64,000 nucleotides of DNA. It comes from a bacterium. GTDB lineage: Bacteria; Electryoneota; Electryoneia; Electryoneales; Electryoneaceae. Positions 1 to 10,533 of the stretch are shown one piece after another (positions within the stretch are counted from its first letter, which is position 1; the number at the start of each line of letters is the position of its first letter). Location: assembly GCA_963669175.1 (NCBI GenBank), contig OY769902.1, positions 5,216,001 to 5,280,000 on the forward strand. The letters are read 5' to 3'. A model generated the notes under the pieces. The model saw nothing but the letters and a program-made list of their open reading frames with translations, did no database searches and was not told the origin of the DNA. A program made the translations under genes and the position numbers.

Positions 1-1063
1 ACCGCTTCGCAACAGTGATATTTTAAAATCCGAGAATCTACGTGCCCTCAATAATCGGGAAGAAGAAATCGAATATCGTAAGCTCTGGGAACAAGCTGAA
101 GGAGAGCTAGATGAAGAGTTTGATCGTTTCCTTAACTACATCCGCACTATTCTGGTAAAAGAGAAGGCAAGGCAGAGTCTTCTAACTGAATTTAAAGACA
201 AAATCTACAATCCGAAGGAGAAGGACAAATCAACAGGAAAAGCACGCCCCCCGCTCTTAAAAAAGGGCAAACCAACCTTCCAATTCATAGAACGCTATTT
301 GGACGTTTATAAGGAATTAATGGGCGGTTCACTACACGATTTAGATGGTCGCTATGGGTTCACAAACCTAATAACTATTATGGAGAAGGGCTTCCTTGCT
401 ACTGATTGGATTCCCCCAGTCATGCGATACTATGACAAATTCAGAACAAATCAGCTTGTGGATTTCCTCCATCAGATCAATCGGAAATTCGCTGCCGATT
501 GGTTATGTCAATACACACCAACAACAAGAATTGAAAACATGAATAATATTATTCAGGCAGTCGAGGATTCTTCAAGTCCAGAGAATTTGCTGTCGCATGA
601 CCTGTTTGCATTCGATTCCGAGGGTCTTCTGGCTGCAATAAACGGAAAGATTTACGGACGGCGTTTCGCACGTTATGTAATGCTGATGCTTGATTATTGT
701 GTGGGAAATCAGCGTGATGAAAAAATGAACTTTGATACACTATCGATTGAACATGTTCTCCCGCAGAATCCTGCAGTGGACAGCGAGTGGACAAGTCTCT
801 TTTCAGATGAACAACGCGAAAAGTGGACACACAAACTGGGCAACTTGGTGATGATAACTAGGCGAAAAAACTCATCGCTATCTCGTAAGCCATTTGAGGA
901 AAAAAAGGAAACATATTTCGACGGTAATGTCGAAACGCGCCCGTACACTCTGCAGGTTCTTCACAGACATTCGACGTGGGATTCTGATTCACTTAAGGAC
1001 AACCACAGATCGGCTGTCTCAACGCTTTCCAAGTATTTTCGTTTATCAACCGACACAGACTGA
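1..1063 (+). CDS. DUF262/DUF1524 (GmrSD-like) nuclease, 5'-truncated by the window edge
   Basis: Frame is open from base 2 (PLRNSDILKS, end of a DUF262 domain). C-terminal SIEHVLPQ...LGNLVMITRRKNSSLS is an HNH/DUF1524 motif. Confidence 0.8.
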   Translation, partial: PLRNSDILKSENLRALNNREEEIEYRKLWEQAEGELDEEFDRFLNYIRTILVKEKARQSLLTEFKDKIYNPKEKDKSTGKARPPLLKKGKPTFQFIERYLDVYKELMGGSLHDLDGRYGFTNLITIMEKGFLATDWIPPVMRYYDKFRTNQLVDFLHQINRKFAADWLCQYTPTTRIENMNNIIQAVEDSSSPENLLSHDLFAFDSEGLLAAINGKIYGRRFARYVMLMLDYCVGNQRDEKMNFDTLSIEHVLPQNPAVDSEWTSLFSDEQREKWTHKLGNLVMITRRKNSSLSRKPFEEKKETYFDGNVETRPYTLQVLHRHSTWDSDSLKDNHRSAVSTLSKYFRLSTDTD

Positions 1064-1097
1064 CTAGCACTCGGATCGAGGATACTGAATCATCAAG

Positions 1098-1343
1098 TTG
1101 AGGACAGGTGAGACAATATTCGGCAAGAACACGGTGTTCGATTTGCTTGAGGACATCAAGCCGAGAGATTCTAAGGGCAATCTGCTTGCCATCTTTGGCA
1201 AGCTTGATCTTGAAAACAAGAATGCCTGGGAAATATTTCACAGCGATACTTCCCGGCCGTTCCCCAAACCCGATGCCGGCCGTATCGCAGTCAAGGTCAT
1301 GAACCACCTCGGAAATGAGGTGATAAAGATTAGTGAGGTCTGA
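1098..1343 (+). pseudogene. Orphan C-terminal fragment of a type III-like DNA methyltransferase (Mod)
   Basis: SRPFPKPDAGRIAVKVMNHLGNEVIKI resembles the conserved extreme C-terminus of these methyltransferases. No catalytic motifs are present in 81 aa. Confidence 0.6.
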
Positions 1344-1346
1344 TCT

Positions 1347-2180
1347 ATGGAAGAAATACATTTTGATGTAGCTGCCGCCCTTAACTGGTTCACCGAGGAA
1401 AGTACAACTCCCTATAGATTAGTTCGCATAAACGAAGATCAAGCAGACCAACTTGTCGAGGTTTTGTGCGATCCCATTCGTCGGTGCTACTTAAGCGATG
1501 CTGTTCTGTTACAACGTGCAGATGAACTTGAAGGTGAGGTTCCAGGTGATTTTCAAGAACGTCAGTTAGTTGTGCTTAAATCAACTTTACCAGATCCAGG
1601 ATCAGTAAGATCAGGTGAATTTGGCGAGAACCTTGTATTGCTTTTTCAAGCTATTGATATTCATCCAGAAATCCTTGTAAGCCCGAAAAAGTTAAGACTT
1701 AAACATGATAGAAATAAACCAGCTCCATATTCGGATATAGTTCAATTCTTCCTCCCACAATGGCCTAATACAGGTGAGAATGATACCGTCTATTGTACCG
1801 AATCAAAATTGAAATCAACAGAAGGAGAGTTTGATCCCATTTCGGATTCGATAGCAGGATGTTTACAAGATCGTACAGGACGTCTGACGAAGACTCTTAT
1901 CTGGCTTGAAGAAAATTTGATAAAAGGGAAAGACATCGGAGAAGTAAGTATAGCACAAGTTGATCGGTTTCTGGAACCATATGATCATCCAAAGTGCAAA
2001 AAAGAATACAAAGCTATTGCAATCATCAGCGAGGATTTACTGAGTGAGGAACTCATTAATGCTCCAAATGAAGAACCTGATAATTATCAATTAGTGATTA
2101 TAGCTGTACCTAATTTGTATAGAATTTACAATACTATTTACGATACAATTGAAGAGACACCCATTGATGGAGGTAAATGA
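1347..2180 (+). CDS. hamA: Hachiman HamA-like (DUF1837) nuclease
   Basis: RSGEFGE and ESK nuclease-like motifs. Overlaps the downstream Ski2-like helicase by 4 bp (ATGA). Confidence 0.65.
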   Translation: MEEIHFDVAAALNWFTEESTTPYRLVRINEDQADQLVEVLCDPIRRCYLSDAVLLQRADELEGEVPGDFQERQLVVLKSTLPDPGSVRSGEFGENLVLLFQAIDIHPEILVSPKKLRLKHDRNKPAPYSDIVQFFLPQWPNTGENDTVYCTESKLKSTEGEFDPISDSIAGCLQDRTGRLTKTLIWLEENLIKGKDIGEVSIAQVDRFLEPYDHPKCKKEYKAIAIISEDLLSEELINAPNEEPDNYQLVIIAVPNLYRIYNTIYDTIEETPIDGGK

Positions 2181-5170
2181 TAATGAAAATAAATCTCTCT
2201 AATTGGATTAGTGATTCGGACACAATTCGAATGATGGAGCAATTTGGGGTTGACGAAATACATCTATATTCATCATATCAAGATAATAGAAAGGATGATC
2301 TTTATATTTCTTTAGTTTCTGAATTATTTAAAAGTATTAGAAGTGAATACAAGCCATCTCAGGATTTGGCAAGACTAGGTAATTCACTTGCTCAAATTGC
2401 TGAAACACAGAATAAAAAAGACGCCAATGATATTGGTATTAATATATCAGAAACAATACTTTTTGCGGCATCAGCATTCTATTTTGGTGGATATGCTGCA
2501 TCTGCATATGTAATATTTAGAGATAACCAACATAAATATGAACATGATATTTATAATGCTTGTTATGAACTACTTTCTAAATCAGGAACAAGATCTTCAA
2601 AAACTGTTAATAGATTATTAAATTCATTGCGAGATGGAGATATAGAATCATTAGTAATGATCAACCGCGAGGTTGATCTCCAATTAGAAGAGACTTTCTT
2701 AAAAGGACCTACAGAATGGATACCGATGAAATTGTTTGATTCAATGCTTAAGCAGTTTAATGAAACAAATATCCGTGCAGTTCTTCCAAATGGATACTCT
2801 ACATTTTGGAATCCGCTAGTTAACATTTTTCTAAATCAACAGCCTGCAAGATTCGACTTTTTCCCGTCGCAAATTAGTGCCATAAAAAAAGGTCTGCTTG
2901 AGAGAGAGGAAACATTTTCATTACAGATGCCTACTGGCGCTGGTAAGACAACTCTATGTGAGACATTGCTCTACTGGCACCTAAAAAGAAACCCATTAAG
3001 TGTTGCGATCATGCTAGTTCCTTATAGATCGCTGGCAGCAGAACTTAAATATAGCTTGGTGAATAGGTTGAATCAGATGGGCATAAGCTCGAGATCTGCG
3101 TACGGGGGAACAGTCCCTTCTGGAAATGAATCAAGGTCCTTAGAGGATGTTCGTGCGTTAATAGCAACACCTGAAACACTATCTGGAATGCTAACTGCAA
3201 ATCCTGAATTTTCACAGAGAATTAGTTTGGTAATCTGTGACGAAGGACATTTATTAGATGCCCCCTCGCGTGGCGTGGCCCTGGAGCTATTACTCGCAAG
3301 GCTAAGAATTCAAGAGCAAACAACACCCAGGTTCGTTTTCATCTCAGCAATTGTACCCAATATTGAAGAGATAAATAATTGGCTTGGAGGTACAGAAGAG
3401 ACAGTCGTCAGAAGTGATTATCGTCCAGCTTTAGCTGAATTCTCAGTCCTCAGTACTAGAAATTCAGGTTCGTCGTCTGTAAACTTGGTCGTACATCCTC
3501 ATCAGAAGCCACCATTAAGATTTGAGATTGAAAAGTTTCTTTCAGTTGATGATTTTCGCTTCATTAATCCTGATACGGGAAGAAAAAAAGTATACGCTTA
3601 TAAATCAAAAAAAACACTTGCTATCGCTGCTGCAAGGAAATCCCTTCCCCTGGGAGGAGTCGTTGTTTTCTCTGCTAACAAACGTGGGCGACAAGGGGCT
3701 ATAGGCTTGGCAGAAGAAGCACTAAATCAAATTGATAAATCAATCAATCTACCATTGCCATCAAGCTATGCAAATCGACAAGAAGTTAGTAAGCTAACAG
3801 AATACTATGAGCATGAATATGGGAGTGAATGGATTGGTACTAAAAGCATTCATGAGGGCATTGCGTTACATCATGGAGATATCCCGCAAGAAACGAGAGA
3901 AACTATAGAGAATGCACTCCGTAATAATGCAATAAGATTAACAGTATGCACAAATACTCTAGCTGAGGGAGTCAATTTGCCAATTCGTACACTTGTTCTT
4001 TACTCAGTTCGAAGACAACGAGCTGAGGGAAAACCAGAAGATTTGCTAATTCGAGATATAAAGAATCTTGTAGGCAGAGCTGGTCGAGCAGGGGTAACAA
4101 CTAAAGGATTAGTAATTTGCGCGAACGAAAATCAATGGTCTCTTGTAGAGAAGGTAGCTCTCCAAAATGAAGTAGAAATAGTAAGAGGTGCACTACGATT
4201 ACTGATAATAAATGTCGAGAACGAACTTGCAAGAAGATCAGATTTAGAACTATCTAACCAAGTTCTTGAAGATAGTCCAGTTGTCTACAGCTTAATAGAT
4301 GGTATTGATTCTACTTTGATGGATTTAGCAGCTACTGAAATAGGAATGGATACTCTCCGTCAAATTGCTATGGAACTAGCAGACAAAACCTACGCATTCC
4401 AATCATTAGGAGAGAGTTCTAAAACAATATTAAAAAATATTATTGATTCTAGAATTGAAAAGGTAATTGAATCAAAACAAAGTGATCGCTTTACTTGGAT
4501 TAGGGAAACTGGTGTAAGACTACGCATGCTAGAACCAGTCGAAAAAAATCTTTTATTAATGCGAGATACTTGGGATGATATTAATGATGCTACTGATGAG
4601 GAATTTATTAATATTATGTTAAATTGGTCATGGCAACAAATAGATATGAGAGATGCAGTCGTTCAAGCATTCAGAGTTAATGATGATAAAGTTGATACTG
4701 TCAAGGAAGTATTTGTAAATGCTTCTAAAACATGGCTTATGGGCAAAACAATGAAAGATATAGCTGAATCATCAGGTCTAGAAATGGATGATTGGTTAGG
4801 TGTATTTACTCAGGTTATTTCTTATACATTGCAAACTTTGGTAGAACAAGGCATTGCACTTCTTGAAAGGCTATTAGCGTCGGAAGGAAAAAAGCTATCT
4901 ACTGCAGTTAAGGAATTTCCAGAATTTTTGAGATATGGAGTATCGACCAAAACCGGTTTAAGCTTAGCTACGATGGGTCTAAGATATAGGTCAGCTTATG
5001 TAAGGTTAGGTACACTAGACATAGATGTTGGAAAAACTATTATCTATGAGAAAAAGATTTCAGAAATTCTTATTAAATTTTTGAAAGATAATGAGGATGA
5101 GTGGCGATCCGAACTGGGAGAACTTGTATTTGAAAGAACGTTATTAGATCTATCGGATCACATTAAATGA
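2177..5170 (+). CDS. hamB: Hachiman HamB-like SF2 (Ski2-like) helicase
   Basis: MPTGAGKT Walker A, DEGH box, SAI motif III, TLAEGVNLP, GRAGRAG motif VI. Translationally coupled to the hamA-like gene. Confidence 0.7.
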   Translation: MIMKINLSNWISDSDTIRMMEQFGVDEIHLYSSYQDNRKDDLYISLVSELFKSIRSEYKPSQDLARLGNSLAQIAETQNKKDANDIGINISETILFAASAFYFGGYAASAYVIFRDNQHKYEHDIYNACYELLSKSGTRSSKTVNRLLNSLRDGDIESLVMINREVDLQLEETFLKGPTEWIPMKLFDSMLKQFNETNIRAVLPNGYSTFWNPLVNIFLNQQPARFDFFPSQISAIKKGLLEREETFSLQMPTGAGKTTLCETLLYWHLKRNPLSVAIMLVPYRSLAAELKYSLVNRLNQMGISSRSAYGGTVPSGNESRSLEDVRALIATPETLSGMLTANPEFSQRISLVICDEGHLLDAPSRGVALELLLARLRIQEQTTPRFVFISAIVPNIEEINNWLGGTEETVVRSDYRPALAEFSVLSTRNSGSSSVNLVVHPHQKPPLRFEIEKFLSVDDFRFINPDTGRKKVYAYKSKKTLAIAAARKSLPLGGVVVFSANKRGRQGAIGLAEEALNQIDKSINLPLPSSYANRQEVSKLTEYYEHEYGSEWIGTKSIHEGIALHHGDIPQETRETIENALRNNAIRLTVCTNTLAEGVNLPIRTLVLYSVRRQRAEGKPEDLLIRDIKNLVGRAGRAGVTTKGLVICANENQWSLVEKVALQNEVEIVRGALRLLIINVENELARRSDLELSNQVLEDSPVVYSLIDGIDSTLMDLAATEIGMDTLRQIAMELADKTYAFQSLGESSKTILKNIIDSRIEKVIESKQSDRFTWIRETGVRLRMLEPVEKNLLLMRDTWDDINDATDEEFINIMLNWSWQQIDMRDAVVQAFRVNDDKVDTVKEVFVNASKTWLMGKTMKDIAESSGLEMDDWLGVFTQVISYTLQTLVEQGIALLERLLASEGKKLSTAVKEFPEFLRYGVSTKTGLSLATMGLRYRSAYVRLGTLDIDVGKTIIYEKKISEILIKFLKDNEDEWRSELGELVFERTLLDLSDHIK

Positions 5171-5197
5171 AGCTATTCAAACTAAAGGAGATAAGAG

Positions 5198-7267
5198 TTG
5201 CTTTTTAGAATAGCCGACACTTTCACTGACAGCTTAAACAGCTTAAATGCAGACGAGCAGAAAATTGTAAAGCAAACCGCATTCGACCTACAAATGGACC
5301 CGTCCAATCCTGGCATGAGCTTTCACAAGCTCGACCGGGCGAAAGATCACAATTTCTGGTCAGTTCGTGTCAGCCGTGATATCCGCCTGATCATACATCG
5401 CAGCAAGAACAGCCTTTTACTCTGTTACGTGAACCACCATGACCAGGCCTACCGCTGGGCGGAGCGGCGCAAGCTGGAACGGCATCCTAAGACCGGCGCA
5501 GCGCAATTCGTGGAAATCCGAGAACGGGTGGAAGAGATCACCATCCCGCATTACGTCACCGCAGAACAGTCCAAGCCCACCCTGTTCGAAGCCGTACCGG
5601 AAGATGAGCTGCTGGGATACGGTGTACCGGAAGAGTGGCTGGAAGACGTCAAGCAGGCGAACGAGGACGGTCTGCTGGAGTTGACAGAGCATTTGCCTCA
5701 AGAGGCGGCTGAGGCGCTGTTGGACCTGGCAGTAGGTGTCAAACCGAAGATCGCGGAACCGGTGACCGAGGAGACGGACCCGTTCAACCATCCCGACGCT
5801 CAACGTCGTTTCCGGGTTGTGGAAGACGTCGAGGAACTGGAACGGGCGTTGGACTACCCGTGGGACAAGTGGGCCATTTTCTTGCACCCGGCGCAGCAGT
5901 CCATGGTAGAACGGGACTTCAGCGGCGCAGCGCGTGTCTCCGGATCAGCAGGCACTGGAAAAACCATCGTAGCGCTTCACAGAGCAGTTTTTCTTGCCAA
6001 ACGGTATCCAGACACCCGTGTGCTGTTAACGACGTTTTCTGACACCTTGGCACGGTCTCTGAAGAGAAAACTGACCACCTTGATCAGCAACCAGCCGCGT
6101 CTAGCGGAAAGGTTGGATGTGCATTCCATGGACAGCTTGGGCTGCCGGTTGTATGAACTGACGTTCGGTACTCCCCAGCTGGCTTCGCCGGAATACATCC
6201 GAGAACGATTGCAGGTGGTAACAACGGACAGAGAACTTGACCGGCGTTTTACCCTGCATTTCCTCTGGACCGAGTGGGACCAGGTGGTGGATGCCTGGCA
6301 GTTGGATACGTGGGAAGCCTACCGTGATGTCCTGCGTCAGGGACGGAAGACCCGACTGCCTGAATCCAAGCGAGCGGTCCTGTGGGACATTTTCAGCGCC
6401 GTGAAGGACGAGTTACAGGAGCAGGGGCTGGTGACACTCTCCCAGCTTTACAGCCGCCTGGCAGACCATTACCGGGATGCAGAACGGCGACCGTACGACT
6501 ACATTGTGGTGGATGAAGCCCAGGACGTCAGTGTGGCACAGCTTCGTTTCCTGGTCGCCATTGGCAGCGATCAACCCAACCGTTTATTCTTCGCCGGGGA
6601 CCTGGGGCAACGCATCTTCCAGCAACCGTTCTCGTGGAAGTCGCTGGGAGTGGATATCCGTGGCCGCTCGCAAACGCTGAAGATCAACTACCGGACTTCC
6701 CACCAGATCCGCAGGCAAGCCGACCTGCTGTTGGGACCGGAGCTGGCTGATGTCGACGGGAACGTGGAAGAACGAAAGGGAACGGTGTCTGTCTTCAACG
6801 GTCCGCCCCCGGATGTGCAGGTCTTCGATACCACTGAAGGTGAAGTGGATGGCGTGGCGGTGTGGCTGACAGAACGAATCGAGGAGGGCATAACGCCTCA
6901 CGAGATCGGTGTCATCGTTCGTTCAGAACGAGAGCTGGATCGCGCAAAGGCGGCGGTGACAGCGGCTGAACTTGAGTGTAATGTTCTGGACGAACAGGTG
7001 GAGACCACCAAGGGCTTCGTATCCGTGAGCACCATGCACCTGGCCAAAGGTCTGGAGTTCCGTGCGGTGGTGGTGATGGCCTGTGACGACGAAGTGATCC
7101 CCTCCCAGGAACGGATTGAGACAGTGACCGACGACTCCGACCTGGAAGAGGTCTACAACACCGAACGACACCTGCTGTATGTTGCCTGCACAAGGGCGAG
7201 GGACCACCTGCTGGTTACGGGTGTTGAGCCAGAATCGGAGTTTTTGGATGATCTGATGTTGCTATAA
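5198..7267 (+). CDS. UvrD/SF1 helicase with N-terminal RelE/ParE-like domain
   Basis: GSAGTGKT, DEAQD, NYRT, AKGLEF and YVACTRA motifs. N-terminal FWSVRVSRDIRLI is RelE-like. GGAG RBS before a TTG start. Confidence 0.85.
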   Translation: MLFRIADTFTDSLNSLNADEQKIVKQTAFDLQMDPSNPGMSFHKLDRAKDHNFWSVRVSRDIRLIIHRSKNSLLLCYVNHHDQAYRWAERRKLERHPKTGAAQFVEIRERVEEITIPHYVTAEQSKPTLFEAVPEDELLGYGVPEEWLEDVKQANEDGLLELTEHLPQEAAEALLDLAVGVKPKIAEPVTEETDPFNHPDAQRRFRVVEDVEELERALDYPWDKWAIFLHPAQQSMVERDFSGAARVSGSAGTGKTIVALHRAVFLAKRYPDTRVLLTTFSDTLARSLKRKLTTLISNQPRLAERLDVHSMDSLGCRLYELTFGTPQLASPEYIRERLQVVTTDRELDRRFTLHFLWTEWDQVVDAWQLDTWEAYRDVLRQGRKTRLPESKRAVLWDIFSAVKDELQEQGLVTLSQLYSRLADHYRDAERRPYDYIVVDEAQDVSVAQLRFLVAIGSDQPNRLFFAGDLGQRIFQQPFSWKSLGVDIRGRSQTLKINYRTSHQIRRQADLLLGPELADVDGNVEERKGTVSVFNGPPPDVQVFDTTEGEVDGVAVWLTERIEEGITPHEIGVIVRSERELDRAKAAVTAAELECNVLDEQVETTKGFVSVSTMHLAKGLEFRAVVVMACDDEVIPSQERIETVTDDSDLEEVYNTERHLLYVACTRARDHLLVTGVEPESEFLDDLMLL

Positions 7268-7287
7268 TTTCAATCGGGGATTTTGCC

Positions 7288-7920
7288 ATGGAATACACAC
7301 AGGTATTGATAGCGCTACCAGCAGCCTTCCTTGGTTGGGCCTTCGGCGAATTAAGCAAGATCAATCAAAGGAGATCAGATCACAAGCAGGCTATTTCTAT
7401 GGCCATTTCGGATTTACTAGAGATACGTTTCGAAATCTATGTAATCAGAGAAATGTGCCAGTACTTCAAGAAGCGGTTCAACCTGGACAGAATACAATAT
7501 TCACAAGTTTCCTTTATGATTACATCTCTGTTGCCAATATCAGATGATATTTCTAACCGATACAATCATGCTGTTGACGAAGTTTCAAAATATGATCCAC
7601 TCTTGGCCTTTCAACTAAGATCAAAAGATCAAATACAAAATTATATTGTTAAAATGCAAAAAGCAATAAAAGATGAATTTGAAGGTAACGAGGATTGGGA
7701 AGAATTTGAAGATGCCTTATTTGACTTGATCATACCTAGATATGACGATATCATATTGGATGTTGCAAGATTAAAAAGTTGGAATACAAAGAATCGAATA
7801 AAAAGATATTTTAAAAATGATTTTGACAAAGACATGAAAGATTATTTAGATAAATACATGGATATGGTTATTGATAATATAAAAAAAAGAAAATTATCAA
7901 TAAATGATAATACCATATAA
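7288..7920 (+). CDS. Hypothetical AT-rich protein with N-terminal hydrophobic helix
   Basis: 210-aa ORF directly after the helicase; no recognisable motif. Confidence 0.6.
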   Translation: MEYTQVLIALPAAFLGWAFGELSKINQRRSDHKQAISMAISDLLEIRFEIYVIREMCQYFKKRFNLDRIQYSQVSFMITSLLPISDDISNRYNHAVDEVSKYDPLLAFQLRSKDQIQNYIVKMQKAIKDEFEGNEDWEEFEDALFDLIIPRYDDIILDVARLKSWNTKNRIKRYFKNDFDKDMKDYLDKYMDMVIDNIKKRKLSINDNTI

Positions 7921-7983
7921 TGTTACAATTGCGGCAATTATTGGCGAGTAACGCATGTGAATTACTGAAATAATAATATTAGC

Positions 7984-8001
7984 TGCCCCATAATTGCCCC
8001 A
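7984..8001. repeat. Putative integrase arm-binding direct repeats (TGCCCCA x2, 11-bp period)
   Basis: TGCCCCA-TAAT-TGCCCCA upstream of the integrase. Mirrored as TGGGGCA x2 with the same period at 20916-20933. Confidence 0.55.
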
Positions 8002-8120
8002 TGACATATGACATTAGGCTCCTAATGTGTAAAATATAATAGTTTAACGCTCAAAGAGAACGTTATTGTTATCCGTTGTTGCGTTTGAACAGAGATTGCG
8101 TTAGGTTGTTTCTGTGAACA

Positions 8121-9173
8121 GTGGAGACGACCATGGCGAACATCGAAAAACGCATCTCGAAAGCAGGCGACATCTCCTACCGAGTGAAAATCCGGATCAA
8201 AGGTGCCCCCACTATTACGGAGACATTCAAGCGTCTTACCGATGCCAGGATCTGGGCTCAATCTCAGGAAGCAGCCATCCGTGAGGGCAGGCATTTTCCA
8301 AAATCGATAGCAAAGCGAAAAACGCTTGCTGACCTGATAGACAAATATTCCAAGGACTACCTTCCACTCAAGAAGGATGGAAAAAATCAGACACGTCATC
8401 TGAAATGGTGGCGAAAAGAACTCGGTTTCTATACTCTTGCCGATGTCACACCAGCAGTGATAGCAGACGCTAGAGATACACTCCTGGAAGGTGATCGAAA
8501 AGGTGCAACCGTGATTCGCTATATGGCATCGCTCTCCCACGTCTTCACAATTGCCATGAAAGAGTACGGATGGATTGAAGACAATCCGTTTAGGAAAGTC
8601 ACTAAACCCAGGGAAGCACGTGGACGAGTTCGCTATCTACCTGATACTGAACGCGAAGAGCTGTTGAAAGCATGTAAGAATAGCGTAAATCCTGATTTGT
8701 ACTTTGCGGTTGTACTGGCACTCTGCACCGGTGCCAGGCGGAGCGAACAGATGAATCTGACCTGGGAGCAGGTTGACCTTGAGAGAGGAACAATCCTTCT
8801 GCACGAAACCAAGAATGGTGATCGAAGGACGTTGCCCCTAACCGGCCCAGCCCTTGAGTTAATGGAAGAACGTTCCAGGATCAGAAGACTGGACACAAAC
8901 CTGATCTTCCCCAGCAACAAGAATCCAAGAAAACCCATTTACTTTGAAGCAGCTTGGCGTATCGCCAAAGAGGAAGCCAAAATTGAGGACTTCAAGTGGC
9001 ATGACCTCCGGCATACATTCGCTAGTTATTTGGCTATGAACGGAGCAACCCTTCCTGAAATAGCCGCGGCACTTGGACATCGAACACTGCAGATGGTCCA
9101 AAGATACGCTCACATTTCCCAACCTCATGTGCAAGCGATAGTAGGGAAAATGACGGGTGCCGTTTTTGGCTAG
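8121..9173 (+). CDS. Tyrosine recombinase/integrase
   Basis: TGARRSE, KNG, WHDLRHTFAS and LGHRTLQMVQRYAH give an intact R-K-HxxR-H-Y catalytic set. Confidence 0.95.
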   Translation: METTMANIEKRISKAGDISYRVKIRIKGAPTITETFKRLTDARIWAQSQEAAIREGRHFPKSIAKRKTLADLIDKYSKDYLPLKKDGKNQTRHLKWWRKELGFYTLADVTPAVIADARDTLLEGDRKGATVIRYMASLSHVFTIAMKEYGWIEDNPFRKVTKPREARGRVRYLPDTEREELLKACKNSVNPDLYFAVVLALCTGARRSEQMNLTWEQVDLERGTILLHETKNGDRRTLPLTGPALELMEERSRIRRLDTNLIFPSNKNPRKPIYFEAAWRIAKEEAKIEDFKWHDLRHTFASYLAMNGATLPEIAAALGHRTLQMVQRYAHISQPHVQAIVGKMTGAVFG

Positions 9174-9208
9174 GACAATTTAAAACATTCACCCTTAAGG
9201 AGCACTTC

Positions 9209-10141
9209 ATGCACTCCATCCCATGGATACGTTTAAGTGATATATCGAATATCATTCAAGAAACTGATTCGCCTCAAAAATTCGATCTCGATTTCTTTCT
9301 TTATTCTAATGAAACATCCATTTATAGGGTTCTGGAGAATGGTACAATCGGTTTGCAAATTGACCAGGAAACAACAGATGAGAGTAGCACCATAATAGAA
9401 GAATCCAAATTATTGACTTTCTGTGAAAATAGAAATATCGAAGTAGTTATTCCTGGCAGTGTTAGAAATTGGCAAAAAAAGCATGGGGAAAATATAACAA
9501 GGGAATACGTGAAATGGAAAACGAACGATCTAAAATTTTGGTTGGACTCGCCAGGGCTTAGCATTTGGGAGATTTGTGCGCTCTTGCTCGATGAAAATCC
9601 AGAAAGACTAAATGAGTATCTCGACTTCAATTTTCCTGAGGAAGTTGATGGAATAGCTCGACACCAGTATCAACACATTGTACGAAGCGCAAAACTTGAT
9701 ATAATCAAAGCAAGGAAATCAGGCGAAAGAGAATCAGACTGGATCATCGATTCGCAAGATTTTTTTAAGTTTGCGCTTCGTTCTGGACTTGAGCTTCCAC
9801 TCGTATTGAGGTTATATGCTGAAAACCAGTTGCAAACTAAGTTGGATCATGTTAACAGCTCAGATGAAGAAGAATCTATTTCTCTTAGCGGCAAAGAAAA
9901 GCAAGAACTGGGGAACTTGAGGATATGGAAAGGGAATCATCAGAATTCAATAAAAATGGCGGTTTCGGCTGCGTTTTTTTGTTTCGAGGCAGGGCAACAT
10001 CAAACAACAAGGAAGGAACTCACAATACATCTCGAAGAAACTTTTAGCAGTAAAGCTTTTACCCTTGAAACCTTCGAGCAGATTTGGAAAAGTATACCGA
10101 ATAATTACAGAAAGGGTCCAGGCCGACGAAAAAATCGTTGA
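9209..10141 (+). CDS. Hypothetical protein of the integrative element
   Basis: 310-aa ORF with AAGGAG RBS between the integrase and the AlpA-like gene. Confidence 0.65.
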   Translation: MHSIPWIRLSDISNIIQETDSPQKFDLDFFLYSNETSIYRVLENGTIGLQIDQETTDESSTIIEESKLLTFCENRNIEVVIPGSVRNWQKKHGENITREYVKWKTNDLKFWLDSPGLSIWEICALLLDENPERLNEYLDFNFPEEVDGIARHQYQHIVRSAKLDIIKARKSGERESDWIIDSQDFFKFALRSGLELPLVLRLYAENQLQTKLDHVNSSDEEESISLSGKEKQELGNLRIWKGNHQNSIKMAVSAAFFCFEAGQHQTTRKELTIHLEETFSSKAFTLETFEQIWKSIPNNYRKGPGRRKNR

Positions 10142-10296
10142 TTGAGATGTAGATATGTAAGTAACAAGAGTTAACGCTTTCCTCAAAACCCCTCAAAAGT
10201 TATTGAATTCCAGACAATAACTTTTTGGGGATTTTATTTTGCATCCGGATCATCTACTCTGGCAGCACCCATACCAACTGACAAGAGAGGGCAACG

Positions 10297-10533
10297 ATGC
10301 AGAACAACACGTTAAGGCGCAGAGTAATTCCTGTCACCAAGTGGAACGACTACCACGACTACCCAAAGCTTTCAACTCTTCGCTACCTCATTTTTCATGC
10401 CGAAGAGAACGGTTTCTGTAAAGCCATCCGACGTATCGGCAACCGTATCCTGATTGACGAGAATGCCTTTTACGAATGGCTAGATGAAACAAACGGACAT
10501 GGGAAAGCACAAGAGGCGACCAATGCAAAATGA
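10297..10533 (+). CDS. Excisionase/AlpA-like small DNA-binding protein
   Basis: 78 aa ending RRIGNRILIDENAFYEWL, typical of phage Xis-like winged-helix proteins. Confidence 0.75.
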   Translation: MQNNTLRRRVIPVTKWNDYHDYPKLSTLRYLIFHAEENGFCKAIRRIGNRILIDENAFYEWLDETNGHGKAQEATNAK

